A stretch of DNA of 64,000 nucleotides from Amoebidium appalachense (GCA_963693365.1 CAVNZM010000014.1:5828001-5892000); one strand, 5' to 3'; counted from the first letter of the stretch, positions 28,895-53,581 are shown. Program-made: numbers and translations. Notes: generated by a model not told the origin, from the sequence alone.

Positions 28895-29148
28895 CCCCAA
28901 CACACACGCACTGCATCGCTTCAATCGCTTGTCTCACAGCTAAAACTGTTATAATTCCCCCCTTCAACCCTAACCAATAAAGCAATATGAAAGTCAAACA
29001 TAATTTCCCCAGCAGTGGTATGTAACCCGAAGTTTCTGCTTCGGGAGTTATTATGACTTTTAAATAATGCGAGGCAATGCGAGAGGGTGGGTGGGGAGGC
29101 CTGCACAGCTGGTGGTGGTGGTGGGTGGTGGTGGTGGTAGTCGGGCAT

Positions 29149-29185
<37 letters not shown>

Positions 29186-30615
29186 CGAGGGCCCCACTAG
29201 GCCTCTCACCCGGCCCACACACACCTCCCCTCCCCCATTTCCCCCATTTCCCCCCCATGCAAAAAAGACGAAAACAAAAAACCCATAAGGAAAGAAACCA
29301 CCCGGTATGATAACAGACGCACGCACGCACGCACGGTCGCACATATACATGTACACAAACTTGCACTCATCCACCCGTTCACCCAACCTGCCTACCCACC
29401 GTGGCCACACATGGCCACCCACACATCCATCGGGAAAACCAAAAAAAAAAAGAAAGAAAAAATAAAGAAAAAGAAAAAGAATACCCGTTCAAACCATCGA
29501 CTGTTCGATGTCATGCAGCTCCACTATGGGGTGGTTACGGCGGTTCGAGCTTTCCTGTTGTCTGATTGGTTGGCTTGATTGATCTGAGCCACTGGTGACT
29601 GCAGCAAACTCTAAAATCGTTGCGAAGCGGTAATAATGGGTATGCAAAATATAGAATAGTTATGAATATGTGTTATGAAATAAGAATATAGAGCAAATAT
29701 ATATGTTAATAGATATGATTATTATATAAATATACATGCATACATATAAATTTATGCCACTTACAAGCAGAGCCACGGCACGTCGTGGCGCCACCGGCGG
29801 ATGCGTCCGTATCGCCACCCCATAGCACCGTAATCGTCGGACGAATTTACTCCGGCCATAACCAAAGAGCGCTCCATAACCATGTATTTCACCAACTTGA
29901 CGAGAGCGGGGTACATGTGCCACCGCATTTTACTACCTCAGTAGGCAATAACTTATTGATTTCCGTGATTTTTTTAAATCATGTACACCACTTGTCATAA
30001 CGAGAATCGTCATGATCGATCGCTGCAAAGCCTTAAAAAATGCACAGTTTTTTTTTTTTTTTTTTTAAATCAATTGTGAGAATTTGATTAGCCCTTAGAT
30101 GTACCATGCCCTTCAAGAATTAATGACACGTAGCTACTGTAATAACACGCCATCATGCAATACACATTCGCATCTTAAAAATTTAGGCAATATAAGCATG
30201 AATCCACTGTGTTGCGACAAACCACTAGTTCAACTATGATTATAGGGTCTGCTTTGAACCATTTTGTATGCTATTCGCTACTAGTAGGTGGCATATAAAG
30301 TTACTGTGTTTATCATTCGTTCCTTTCATACAAAATTACTACTCACGTACAGGCGTGTATGCGGGCGGGAATGTGTGTGTGCTTAGGTGTCCATTTATCA
30401 ACTTAATACCTGCACATTTGCCCGTGCCTATGTGCATATTTGCCAATGCCTATATGTATATGTTCCTATGTCCTCATATATGCACGGTATGCAAAATTTG
30501 TCCAACAATAATACACATTACATTGCCTACTGATATACTATGCATAGCACCACATCAACAGGGTTTATACATAATCAAAGTACATAGCAAAAACCTTCAT
30601 TCCAAACATATGTAC

Positions 30616-40249
<9,634 letters not shown>

Positions 40250-40694
40250 TTCATGTTCGAGTGAGCCACTCCGGCACGGGATTAGAGAATGCTAGTGGCC
40301 TTCAGATGCCCCAAGCACATGCCTTATATGGTGTGCCGGCTCCTACAGCAAGCACTAGAGAGTTATTATGCTTAGCAACGTCTCGGAGCTTATAGAACTT
40401 GCATCTCCTGTTTTTCAAAGTCTAAATGTCGCAGGTAGGTAGGCCGTGGAAGTCTAGTTAGTGACAAATAACGAAATCGTGCAAGGAAAACTGTGCTCCT
40501 CCCTTAATGACGTCATCAAAAGAGGGGTCAACCTCAACTTTCCGTGGAACTCAGCCGGCTTCGAGCTACCCCGGGAGGGCATATGGGACATAAGGAATAA
40601 ATCCGACAATAGTCGTGCATTGCCTTTCTATGCAATATTCTATTTAACTCCTATTATTGGGCCTGCTTTCTCGGTTTGCCATATGGGGAAGAAC

Positions 40695-40725
<31 letters not shown>

Positions 40726-42441
40726 AGGCCGCGGTACCTCCCTATGTCACGGCTATCCCCTCGCACCTTGGACCCACACGAAAGCACATTTATACGCACA
40801 AAAATGATGCATAGTGTGCGTAAATGAAAATTTCGTGTTGGCGTGGCTCGTGACACTGTGTGGGTGTGTGATTGTGTGTGTGTGTGTGTGTTCACCAGTT
40901 GACGCACATCGTCTCGGTGCTGTTGTGCGCCTGTATGTATGCGATTCTATGCATCTATGCGGGCACGTGTGTGTGTGGGCACGTGTACGTGTATGTGCAT
41001 TAACACGTGTATGGGTGTGTGTCCGTGTGCATAGTGCGCAGGTGTGTTTTGGGGGCATTCCCCCTTGGGGCCACGGGGGAAGGGGGGGGGGGGGGGGGAG
41101 GGGGGGAGCTCAGGGAAGGAGGGGGGGGGGGGGGGGGGGGGGGGGGGCACCAACCGGCAACACAAACATACAAACACAGCTGCAGGTAAATTATAAGCAG
41201 AATTATCATAGCAGGAAATCGTTGGATCAACTTAATTGAAGTTTAAACTTCTGGAAGTTCAGTAAAGAGCTGGAATGCGCGAAACTGATGGGTGAGGGAT
41301 GGGGTATGTGTGAAGTCATAAGGTCTGTGTTTTTGTATGGTGTGTTGGGAAAAGGGAGGGAAAGGGGGGGGGGGGGGGGGGGGGGGGGGGGGAGGGGGGG
41401 ATTTTTTCGTGCAAAAACGGTGCATTCTGCTACTACATAGTGTTTATGGCAGCCTGCTACGTACGGTACCTGATGATATATGTGATAGTATGTGCATGTA
41501 CATAGGGCAGAGTTGTGTCTAAATGTGTTGTGTGCGCTTTGCACAGGGTACAATAGTTTCTGTATTTTTGATGTAGGTATTCTGTCCTGCTTTGGGGTAT
41601 TGAGCCAATTGCAAGACGGTAGCCTCCGGGAAGTCAAAGAGGAGAAGATAGTATTAAAAAAAAAAAAAAAAAAAAAGCGAAAATCTGTGCTCTCCGTGTT
41701 TGCGCAATTTACACACAAGAGCACTGGCGTTCTTCGCTGGCCCGAATCCAAATAAAAAATATGTCTAGTGGTTGTTTGTGTATAGTGTTTCTAATACGAC
41801 AGTGTATTCTCGTGGATGTAGGTGTGTGTGCATGTGCATGTGCATCCACATACAGACTCAGAAATCCAGACCATAGGTACTGGTGCTTGCGAGAAACAGC
41901 TGTGTAACAACTACGGACATGTGCATGTGCATGCACACGGTGAAAAGTTTGTGTCTGATCTGTGTAATCGAAAAGCAGACGATCACCTCAGGGAAGGGTC
42001 GCCGGCAGGTATCATGCTCCGGTCCCCCCTCAGTCCCCCCCCCCCCCCCCCCCCCTTCCCCTGCGGTGGAAAGGGCCCACCTTGCGGCCCGCCCCCACCC
42101 CCCCGATTCTCACCACCTCTTATTTCAGTTGCAAATAACACGTTTTTTTTACTTTCCCGTTTTACTGCTGCGTACAACCACCCCATTTAGCCCCCCCCCC
42201 CCCCCCCCCCCCCCCCCTCCCGTGTTACTGCCCGTACGTGCACTCTTACATCGAGCACAAACAAACCTGGCACATACACACACACGCACACAACACCGCG
42301 CGCTCACACACACACACCGTCACAAGTACGCATGAATGCATGCGTGCACACGCAAACGCACAACACACATTCACGCATGCACACACACACGAACACACAT
42401 ATATACACATGCACACACTGGCACACACGCGCTCGCGTGCG

Positions 42442-42472
<31 letters not shown>

Positions 42473-43562
42473 ATGCACATGCACACACACATGCACACAC
42501 ACATGCACACCCATATATACTCACTCACACAAAAACATACACACCTGCACACACTGATGCACCCACACACACAAAAACACACACGAACTTAGTGTCACAC
42601 ACAAACATTCGGTCCCCACACAAACACTGCAACACAACGTACACAGCATACCTCGTACACACACTACTCTTAGGAAATCGACTAAGGGTTTTAGTGCACC
42701 AGCCAAGTGTTTCCAATCACATGCAGAATTTAGAGGTGAGCCATTTTCTTGATGCACAAGCAGTAATTAAAGGTAAATGCGCGAAAAACAAAGGCCTCCT
42801 TCTGCATGAGTGTATGAATAAGTATGATTTGCATAAAAACCGATCGCGAGGCCAATGTTATAGTACAAAACATAGCAAGTAAACCTTTTTTAATGAAATG
42901 TGCTACAGTTACCCTGGTCATTGTAAGGAAATGCTTTGTGGTCGGTCTAGCGAACTTCCTGAGCATGCCTTGTGCGTGTGTGTGCACACATGTGCGTGTA
43001 CGGGTAGGTGATGAGTGAGTAAGTATATATATGGAAGGAGCACTGAGCCTCTTTGGGGGCTGGGGATGGGGAGGGGCCGGGGAGGTGGGAGGGGGATTCT
43101 TAAACTTGGAAGATGTGTGAGTGCACGTGTGTGTGTGTTGGGTGGGTGGGTGTGTGTGTGTGGGGGGGGGAGGGGGGAGGGAGTGGGGAGGGGGATGCAT
43201 GGATGCAGGGAGGGGAGGCGGGGGTGAGGAAGGGAGGAGGAGCTCGAGGGGGGGAGGGGGGAAGGGGAGATGGGGAGGAATGAATAAAAGAACTTGGTTT
43301 AAGCCTTTTATCGATTTAATAACATCAGGAGAATGGCCAGCATTCTCCGTTTGTGGCTAGCGCTAAAGGCGCTTGCTGGTTGAGTTAAAAAAATTACTAT
43401 TCATGACATCGTGGGTGTTGCGGCAACGATTTTGGAGCTTGGACAGTCGCTGGCCTTTGGTAGATAGTCTACAAACTATTTTGTGGAATGGATTTACAAA
43501 AAAAGCATTCTGTGTTCAAGAGAGAGGTTAGTAGTGGTAATAAAGTTTCCTGTACGGCCTAT

Positions 43563-44364
43563 TCAACAGTCCTTCCACGAGCCACCTGACTTGTACTTCA
43601 TGCTGATACCGTATGTCTTTGCCTGTGAGCATGCCTTGGCGCCTGCCGAATACTCCATGCCAAACACGGCCTTGTTGCTGCTCTTGAACTTAGTGTAGTA
43701 GTTACATTCGTTGAACCGCGTGCAGCTCTCATTGATTGCAAAGTCGAAAGAAGACTCCAAACCCTTCAGAATTTGGAGCGCGTTCTTCAAACCGACGGCA
43801 AGCCCGCGACTGTGAGCGGCAGATGCGAGCCAACGAGCATATTCGGCCTCCTTCTGCTTGAGTGTAGAACTCGACGCAGCGGGCACACAGTTGTGCAAAT
43901 AGCAATCCATGTTGTCTGCCTCGAGACCATCACACCCGAGACTGGCCGCGCGGTCAATTCTCTTCGCCATCTGGCCGGAGAAGCTTCGCCACTGGGTGAT
44001 GTCGAGCCAGTGTTCGTTAGCGTAATTAGACTTGCTGCTTACGTAAGGGCGGAATGCAGAGGCGTCTGAGCGCCACGACTCGACGGTGCCTGCGCTCATG
44101 TAGCAGACCACAGTGCTGCCTGCCGCCTTGAGCGACTTGATCTGCCCTGAGCCCTTGTCCATGTCCACAAAAACGACGCGGGGGGCGGGTGCTGGTGCTG
44201 CGAGCACTTGCAACCGGTAAGCTATCGCCTGTGTTACCCCATGCAAGGTTGGACCATTCTGTACCAGTGGGAAAGAGCGCCACAGAACGGCGTGTGGGTA
44301 CGGCCGAAGCGGGGATGCTGATGCATGCAGCGACAATACAGGAAAAAACGGCTGTAACCAACAT
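43563..44364 (-). CDS. Secreted glycoside hydrolase family 114 (endo-alpha-1,4-galactosaminidase/Ega3-like), copy 1
   Basis: Signal peptide MLVTAVFSCIVAACISIPASA. One frameshift near the G-run ~44180 joins it to VVFVDMD..CYMSAGTVESWRSD..WLDI..GCDGLEADN..GLAVGLKN..FDFAINESC..FGMEY. Intronless. Confidence 0.85.
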
Positions 44365-44454
44365 GTTTTTGGTTAGTATCGCAGCGACGAAGGTTGTGTA
44401 CGCTTGTGTTAAGTTGTGTTGATGTGAACTGAAGTGATCAGTCTGAGTCCAGGA

Positions 44455-44520
44455 TGGTTTATTATATAGCTGAATGAAAAACAAATGACCAATCAAAATA
44501 CAGGATCTGAACCATCCAAT
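44455..44520 (-). promoter_or_regulatory. TATA- and CCAAT-like promoter of GH114 copy 1
   Basis: CTATATAAT on the minus strand ~100 bp upstream of the ATG. CCAAT motifs at ~44489 and ~44516. The layout mirrors copy 2. Confidence 0.5.
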
Positions 44521-45539
44521 AATGTGGCGGCATTCAGAAGCCACAGGAGTGGTTGCCATGGTTTTCCGATGCTTCAAAATGAGAATATTTAGCCATAAAG
44601 TACGGGTATGTTGCCAACTACATAAAAAAATAATAGTTACATATTTTATGGTGCAGATGTAACGGCGGCTGACTGCGGTTGTCTCAGTTTTCACATATCC
44701 TCGATTCGAACAACGTGCCAAACGTCACACAGACGTGTTTGAATCAGCGAATCAAATCAATCTAACAGGGTGTGTGTGTGTACGGGTCTTCAGTCTGATT
44801 GGGGCTCCAACTTCAAAGTTCACGAAATCATATTCATCGTTGAACGGGCACAGGACTGTGTACAGGTAGTTGATCGGTACACTAATAGATATGTACATAT
44901 AAGCTTTAGCAGAAATATCAAAATAAAGGTTTGAAAGATAACGGGAAAAAAATTGCCCTAATTCACCTGTTTCTAATATTATTTTACTACTCGCCCAATG
45001 GCATGCTGAATCATGCGTCTCAACAGCCGCATCCGATCCACCAATCACAATTCGTCGGCCTGAACCAAATCTGCGAAGTTTCCCTTTCCTGTGTCTCGGA
45101 TACGGTCGAAGTCCAAACATCACTTCCCAGTCCCCACGTTCAACATTTCAAAGCCGAGGGACACGACTGGTATGCTGTATAACGGCAGTGGCGGCCGATA
45201 CATGTACAGCGTATTGGCACGCGTTACCCGTCTGCCCGTGCCGTGGCCCGGGTTTGCCTGACGCAGATTGCCAGATTCCTGGGCTCGGGCCCGCACGCCC
45301 GGCATGCATCACGTTCATGAATTCAGGCGGTGTCAACCCATGATCGTGTGTAAGGACTTGCATAGGACATAAGATCCTGAGGTGGCCCAGTAGCTCGCGG
45401 CCCGTGCATATGGAGTCACGTAGTGCCTGCATAACGAGCTCATTCTGCACAGTTGATAGTATAGGCGCTGGAACACACTAAAGCACGTGCATGCCGGCGT
45501 GCACGTGTGCATGCGAGGTCGACCGTGTGCGTGTGTGTG

Positions 45540-45596
<57 letters not shown>

Positions 45597-45973
45597 GTGT
45601 GTGTGTGCGTGTGTGTGTGCGTGTGTGCATGTTTGTGTGTGTGCTTGCGTGTGTGGGTGCCGGTGCGTGCGTGTGTGTGTGTGTGCGTGTGTGCGTATGT
45701 GCGTGTGTGTGTCACAGCGTGTGTCGGTGTTTGTGTCGGCGTGTGTGTGCGTGTGTGTGTGTGCGTGCATCCGTGCGTGCGTGTTAGTACTAAACATTGT
45801 GTGCGTGTGTGTCTGTGTGTGTCTGTGTCTGTGCGTGTGTGTGCGTGTGTGTGCGTGCGTGCGTGCGTGTGTGTGTGTGTGTGCGCGCGCGCGCGTGTGT
45901 ATGTGTGTGTGTGACACTGTACATGTGTGTGAAATAGTGTGCATCACAGTGTGTGCCGGTGTACACGTGACAG

Positions 45974-46088
<115 letters not shown>

Positions 46089-46186
46089 TGTGTGTGTGCA
46101 CGCGCGCGTGCGCGCGCATGCGTGCGTGTGCGTGCGTAAATGCACGTGTTCGTGTTTTTTTTTTGTTTTTGTTTTTTTTTTTGGGT

Positions 46187-46225
<39 letters not shown>

Positions 46226-46585
46226 CGCTCCGGGGGAGAAGGGTGAGGGGGGGGCACTTTCTGCCAAAACGAGGGAGAAAAGAAGAACAAGAAAGACTTG
46301 GGATGGGGAAAAGAAAGACTTTGCCAACTTCAAGTTGACGAAAGTAATAATTGTTCTGGAAGTCTTACGAACCGGGGAAAGAAAGTCGTATGAATAAGGA
46401 ACTACGTGTAAACTGAATTTGGAAAATGGAAAAACGAAAGGAAGAAATAAAGAAAGAACAAGTCAACGAAGAAAAGAAAGAAAGAGTCGCAGAAATCATG
46501 AGAAATCCTCAGAAAAATGAAAAAAAGAATGCCGGTAAGAAAGGAAGGAGGAAAGAACGACTATGAATTAAAAAAATATGAAATA

Positions 46586-46616
<31 letters not shown>

Positions 46617-47292
46617 GAAAAAGATAAAGCCTAATAACGACTTCAGAATTTCAAAAAAAGAAAGGAGTGAATTGTTGGCCACAATATTGCTCACGTTCTC
46701 ATTTGCTCAGGGCTAACATATTTTTTTTAATTGTCACGCAACTTATGCAAAGGATGAAATTCTGAAACCCCCCCCCCCCCCCCCTCTCTGCCCGCTCATT
46801 GTTCTTACTGCCCGCCCCCCTTCCCCCCCCCCCCCCCCATACTGCCCCTAGATTGGGAAAGAAACCCCAAGAAAGCTCAGAAAGAAGAAAAAAAAGAAAG
46901 AAGAAAAAGAAGAAATAAGCGCATTATGATACACCTTCTCTCAATAATGACCAGACCTAATCAGCCTCCTGATGCAATCTGTACACGTCTAGATCTGGTG
47001 GGACCAGTTGATCACAGTGACCCACGTGTTGTGATTGGCCTAAAATGAGAGGTTGAACCCCACCCAGATCTCGGATATGTTTGATGCCGCGGCGTGTTGT
47101 AGTAAATGGTCGGTCAATTTGATTGCTATTCACGACTGCTTTGGTTTAAAAGATTATGTGCTCTAAATGTATCAGGGTGTCAGGGGGGGGGGGGGGGGGG
47201 GGGGGAGCATGTGTGTTCGTGTGCGTGCGTGCGGGCGTGCGTGCGTGCGGGCGTGCGGGCGTGCATGCGTGCGTGCGTGCATGCATGCGTGC

Positions 47293-47384
<92 letters not shown>

Positions 47385-47480
47385 GTTTGTAGGTGTGAGC
47401 CCGTGTGTATGTTTGGATAGTACGCGGGTGTGTGTATACATACAGTGTATGTGTGTCGCATTATGCATGCAGATGTGCCT

Positions 47481-47861
47481 ACTACACTGTAGCCACACAC
47501 CACGTTCATAACCTGGCATCCTGTTAGGGAGCATGCCCCCAGTGGCACCACCAGACCCTCCCATACACCCATACCCACCGTAGTAACCACCAACACCACA
47601 TCCCACAATCTACAATCGTAGCCGTGTTTTTGAGGTTATTCGTAGGTGTTGAGTGGAGGGGAAGCCTGGTGCTACCCACCAGCGAGGCCGGGGCGAAAAC
47701 CCTGGGCAAAGTGTGTACGAATAGTTAGGATTGGTATTTGTGTGTTAGCTCAGCTGATGACACCGTAGCACCGTAGCTGAGTATAGTCGGTGCTGGGTGG
47801 AGGACGGTAGTTCCTCTGAGGGGCTATGAGGGTCCCTCTGGGAAGAACGGGATAAAATAAA
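47481..47861 (+). repeat. Diverged copy of the structured 3' region of the LINE-like element
   Basis: Collinear with 55505-55900 (GAGTGGAGGGGAAGCC, GGTGCTACCCACCAGCG, GGCAAAGTGTGT, CCGTAGCACC, GTCGGTGCTGGGTGGA, AACGGGATAAA). Ends in an A-rich tail. Confidence 0.85.
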
Positions 47862-47901
47862 GAAGAACGTGTGTGCCACGGCGTGTGTGTGTGTGTGTGT
47901 G

Positions 47902-47939
<38 letters not shown>

Positions 47940-47945
47940 TGTGTC

Positions 47946-48000
<55 letters not shown>

Positions 48001-48204
48001 CCTGAAATGTTCAACGTGGCAGGTCATCAGCAGATGACTGTACTGGGTGACCGGCCCTTGCCTGCGCAATCATATCCATGCATAACACACTTGCAGATAG
48101 AGAGAGGGTACTTTGATCCCGCTTAAACACATTGCACAAGAAGCTAAGTGCAATACGCGAAGCCATTACAATGATGATTCGAGGGACTATGATATTATTT
48201 AACT

Positions 48205-48235
<31 letters not shown>

Positions 48236-48362
48236 GGGCGGCCTCCTCCCCCCTCCCAATGATGTGATGCATGCATGTTCCCCCTTCCCCCCTCCCTCCC
48301 CCCCCCCCCCTAAAAAAAAAAAAAATGTTTGAAATAAAATAAAATAAAGTAATATAAATAGC

Positions 48363-48393
<31 letters not shown>

Positions 48394-49779
48394 TCTGTCA
48401 ACCCCATCCCAACAAATACCCAGTTACAAACGGTTTTGCTCACCCTTTCAGTTGCTGCGATCATGGCCTACATCTGTTGGGTGGTCACCCGGCCAATAAA
48501 GCAACACACCAGGTGTCGTTAAATGGTAGTGATTTCAAGCATATTACTGTTGGACATTGTGTTCATAGAAGCTAGTTCTAGTGCACGTTGTTCCTTCCGA
48601 GGCTGTAGGTCAGAAATGATTGCATCTTGTGAGGCCAACCTCTGCTCCAGTAGTTGGACAACGGTTGCTGCAACTGTAAGTTGTCAGACATAGTGTCGTG
48701 TATGATGGGTAACTAGTCTATGTGTTTTGTGCACTGAAAACGACAGTAGAAAAGTGTAAATCAAACGTTCTGCTTCCCATGTTTGTGACATGGGAGGCAC
48801 TGCTTTATATAGTCGTTGGCCACCTCATGGTGGCCTCGTGTGCACCCTGGTGGTGGGCCATGTACAGCATGGCCGAAAAGAGAGCACAATGAAAACAAGT
48901 CGTTAAAGATATAAAAGTTAACTGTGCACGTTGAGTGGCTAGTTAACTTGCACTAAAGCACACAAATAAACGTGTTTAACACACCAATTGCAGCCTGAAA
49001 CGTAAATCTTACTTCACACAACTAAAAATATTCTGAGAATATCCGGGAATAAAGCACACTACCACTCTAAGAATAGAATCCTGTGGCAAATATAGACATG
49101 ACATCATCTGAACCGGGAATATTAATTAATGAGCACAATTAGCACGTTGCTAGTGAAGCTCGTCATTGGTACAGTTTTGGCTCAAACATATAACTACCAT
49201 GATGAATATGACCGTAAACAAAAGCTCTATGCACTCGAGTGAGTGTTGAAACAATTATTCAATTGCTCAGAAACTTTCTCTAACAGACATTGCTAGCCGT
49301 GAGTACCAGTGTACTCCAACAATTACAAGCATGCTGATACACAATGTCATATCGAACCGAGGGGGCGAATCATTGTTCAACCCCCCTGTAATTCAAATGT
49401 ACATGCTTGGTAGCCAAAGATGAAATATGCAATAATTAATATTACAACAAGACGTCGACGTCGACTGTCACGCTGTCAGATACACACGAACACACTAACC
49501 TGAAACAAGCTTTTGCAGCTACTTTGACGATCCTTGAATCTCCACACCCACGTAGTATTATACTAGTACACAAACACATATACAGCGGGATCCAAATTGT
49601 AACATGTAGGCTATAGACAGTATTACCCCCCCCCCCCCCCCCCCCCCCACCCACCCACCCACCCACCCAAATAAATAAATAAATAAATAAATAAAATAAA
49701 CTGAAATATTTAAAAAGGAAAGGAAAAAGGAAAAAAAGAAATAGCAGGTCGTCCTTTTTTTTTTTTTTTTTTTTTTTTG

Positions 49780-49894
<115 letters not shown>

Positions 49895-52613
49895 AGGGAG
49901 GAGTCTTGTGCAATTAAGAGCATGCAGCACATAGGCTACCACAGAGACCCCACTGCAAGCCTTAGCGACCGTATCCTGCTCATAACGATCCCGTCTTTCG
50001 GTGCACCTGGGTACATACTGCACGTATCATACAGGAATTCCTGCACAGGTTTCTTCCGGCCCCAGTACTGGCACAAACACAGTGTACAGCTTGGACAAGT
50101 ACCAGCCTGCACTAGACAGTATATATATAGCCCTTATTATCGCCTGACTCATTGAAAGGATTAATATGTGTCGTGTTTCCATGTGCCATGTGTTTGCAAA
50201 TAACAAGCTTATTGACACCATGCATCAGACCATGTGGCAGTATATATCGAGTGAGTGTGCGCGCATATCCGACACTGTGCTGCACTAGGCGACGGTGAGT
50301 ACGCGGCGGCGTGCCAACTGTGTGCTGCGAAGGTATGAAATATTTTGAAGATCTACACCCGTGCCCTCTTCATCCTCCCACAACACAGTCTTCCGAGGCC
50401 TAGCAATGTACACGTGTGTCGTGAACGGTGATGCTCGGAAATTCCGGAATTCCAAGTTCCCCTTCCTGCCTTCGGTCACGGCTGTTCAGACAGTGTTGTT
50501 GTTGTTGAGGGGAGAACACAGCTGTAGGCCTACAGTCTACACAGCGGGGAATGTACTGTTGTCAGTGGCTGATCAAATCGGCCAATCGCATGGCGGCTTG
50601 TCTAACGTTTGCCCGGGACTCGACTTAGAGGAATCTAAACCAAAAAGGTGGCACGCGTGTAGATAAACAACACTCACGTGATGGATTATTTATAACATAG
50701 AGCTTTTTAATCGATTATGTTTTGTTCCTCCTTTTATTTCTCTACAGTAACAGTAGAAATGTATATATAAATGGCCTCGGACAGTCACTCGGACAGTGGG
50801 CTCAGTCCATCTCACCGATCTCCTCAGTGATTAGACTCCCAAAAGAACCCAATGGCACATTGCAATTGTGTAAATTGTGTCAATTGCAGGGGTTTATGCA
50901 CTTTGTATTGCTGCGGACATCGTCAGGGGCCCAGCCTCACTTTCCTGCCTCGAAGGCTTCATTGCCTCGAGCCCCTCTGCACAACAACCAGCGCGCTATG
51001 GGCCCCGTGCTGCGCTACAACTCTGCTACGCTGGCCTGCTGAGCCCTCTTCTTCTACGCCTGGCTTCTCTTCCGTCTGCACCAGGCCCCGCGCCAGCCTC
51101 AGACTGCAGCCCTACACAAGGAAAGTTCATCGTTTCTCTCCATCCCAAGTTGCATGGCTGCACATCAGGTGCGTTTTTTCAAAGATCTTCAAAAGTCAAG
51201 CTTTATCAAAAACCGAGAACATGCCATTCATTCATGCTCTTGCTGCACTTTTCACATTCTCCCCACCATTTTCATGTTTTGCCATGACCATCACTAATTA
51301 AATCAATCAATATTAATCATTCATCCGATCAGTTCAATCAATTGACAATCAACCATCAGCGCAATCATTTTCGAAGATATCACAAACCACTACACATGCA
51401 CGGATACCACCCAACTTTGTTAACAACCGGCCACCCCTCTTCTTTTTTTCCACCTCTATAACCCGTTTATTTCAACTTCTAAGAAGCCTTTACCTCTTAC
51501 ACTGGGCTGGCGGAACGTGGTTTATTAGGGGCACAAACAAACAACGACGACTCTAACAGCCCGGTTGGAATCCCACGTCGACTCTGCCCTCAGTGCTTTC
51601 CCTTTGCAACAACAAAACACAACTAACCAAAACTAACCACACACACAACCACACCTGGAAACAACTGGCCGTCAACATCCCTTATGGCCCTACGTATACT
51701 CAGTATCAACAACCAAGGTTCACAACATAAACACTTCTAACCACTGACTTTCCCTAGTTCACACACCCCAACCACCACGGCAAGAGCAACTACAACATCG
51801 TCCCATTGCCAGCAACAAGGACGAGGTTCTATACCTGTGACCCCTCCCTAGCAAAAGACTAGTTGGCACAGGGAAAATGGAACGCTGAAAGGCCTTTTGG
51901 AGGTTTTACCGAGTAAGCAACCGTTATGCACCTGCCAGTGTGCTTACATATTTACGAACTGTATAAGGAAACTGTACATATTGCCACTTAATGACTGAAT
52001 TATTTTGGTAACGTAAGCACGAGGACGTGCTTGCTTGACCCCGTACCATGTGATGCAGATATACCTGTAGAGAGATAGTTGGAGATAGACTACAATAATG
52101 GTCATCCGGCCGAGCAGCATCAAGTATGCATGTCACCTGTACACGATCCGCTCAATCACGATCCGCTCAGTCACAAACACAACTATAAAGACGAACCGAC
52201 AGGCATGTTGCCTTCAGTTCTATCCATATCCATATTCTGTACTCTCAGTTCCAAACACAACCAAACGCTCTCTTCTTCTCTATCCTCCTTCCCACTCTCC
52301 AACGATTTCTTCTTCACAAGGCTTTAGATCCTGTAATATGATTTGTTGATTGATTGTGCAGCGCATACCAACCAGGCGTGCCTTGCCCGGGCCAGAATCA
52401 ATCGTGTGTCAGGTTCAGACTATAGCTATTTCGCTGTAAAAGAGACTCTTTAAACTAGATATTTATATACACATATTATTTAGAAATTTATATTATCCTA
52501 TTATATATAAAAATTGAAAGGATATTCTTTTTGATCCGCTTAAGAACACCGAAAACAAATTTTAACAGGGGCAGGGCTCGAAATTGTCATGAGTCGGTGA
52601 CACCCATTCGCTA

Positions 52614-52688
52614 AGCCAATCAACAACGTTCTTTATTCTGATTGGTTGCGACATGACCAGTCTGCGCGACCATCAATTATATAAATAC
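52614..52688 (+). promoter_or_regulatory. CCAAT/ATTGG boxes and TATA box of GH114 copy 2
   Basis: AGCCAATC ~52614, CTGATTGG ~52638, TATATAAATA ~52678, about 110 bp upstream of the ATG. Confidence 0.55.
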
Positions 52689-52792
52689 AGCAACCCGCAG
52701 TCTGCTCTTCAGTTCATTTGCGACGCTTACTTACAAGCACATCAACATTCAATGTGTATACCAGCACGCGTTGCTGCATACATAAAACGAAA

Positions 52793-53581
52793 ATGATGAT
52801 CACCGCCGCCATTTCTTGTATTGTCGCCGCATGCGTCAGCAGCCCCGTTTCCGCCGTACCCACTCGCCGAACTGTGGCACGGTTTCCCACGGGTTCGCAG
52901 TGGGCCAACCTTGCATGGGGCAACACAGGCGACAGCGTAGCAAGTGCACGCAGTGCCCGCCCCCGCGTCGTTTTTGTGGACATGGACAAGGGAGCAGGGC
53001 AGATCAAATCACTCAAGGCGGCAGGCAGCACTGTAATCTGCTACATGAGCGCAGGCACCGTAGAGTCGTGGCGCTCAGACGCCTCTGCCTTCCGTCCTTA
53101 CGTAAGCAGCCACTCCAAGTACTCTGGCGAAAACTGGCTCGACATCACCCACTGGCGAAGCTTCTCCGGCCAAATGGCAAAGAGGATTGACCGCGCAGCC
53201 GATCTCGGGTGTGATGGTCTCGAGGCAGACAACGTTGACTGTTTTTTGCACAACTGTGTGCCTGGTGTGTCACGCACTACACTCAAGCAAAAGGAGGCTG
53301 AGTATGCTCGCTGGCTTTCGTCGGCCGCTCACAGCCGCGGACTCGCCATCGGTTTGAAAAACGCGCTCGAGATTCTGAAGGGGTTGGAGTCGGCCTTCGA
53401 CTTTGCAATTAACGAGAGCTGCACGCGGTTTAACGAGTGTAGTTTCTACAAGAAGTTTAAGGATAGCAACAAGGCCGTGTTTGGGATGGAGTATGCAGCA
53501 GGCGCCAAGTCATGTTCCCAGGCAAGGACATACGGCATTAGCATGAAGTACAAGTCAGGTGGCTCGTGGAAGGACTGCTAA
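52793..53581 (+). CDS. Secreted glycoside hydrolase family 114, copy 2 (intact)
   Basis: Signal peptide MMITAAISCIVAACVSSPVSA. Same GH114 motifs, including EADN and NESC. Intronless close paralog of copy 1. Confidence 0.9.
   Translation: MMITAAISCIVAACVSSPVSAVPTRRTVARFPTGSQWANLAWGNTGDSVASARSARPRVVFVDMDKGAGQIKSLKAAGSTVICYMSAGTVESWRSDASAFRPYVSSHSKYSGENWLDITHWRSFSGQMAKRIDRAADLGCDGLEADNVDCFLHNCVPGVSRTTLKQKEAEYARWLSSAAHSRGLAIGLKNALEILKGLESAFDFAINESCTRFNECSFYKKFKDSNKAVFGMEYAAGAKSCSQARTYGISMKYKSGGSWKDC

Noticed and set aside
47651-47661. GTGGAGGG twister-like motif in both repeat copies
   Set aside because: The matching UAA-P2 segment and P4 loop could not be placed consistently.
47754-47790. CTGATGA hammerhead core
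   Set aside because: No stem II followed by GAAA, and the second copy reads CTAATAA.
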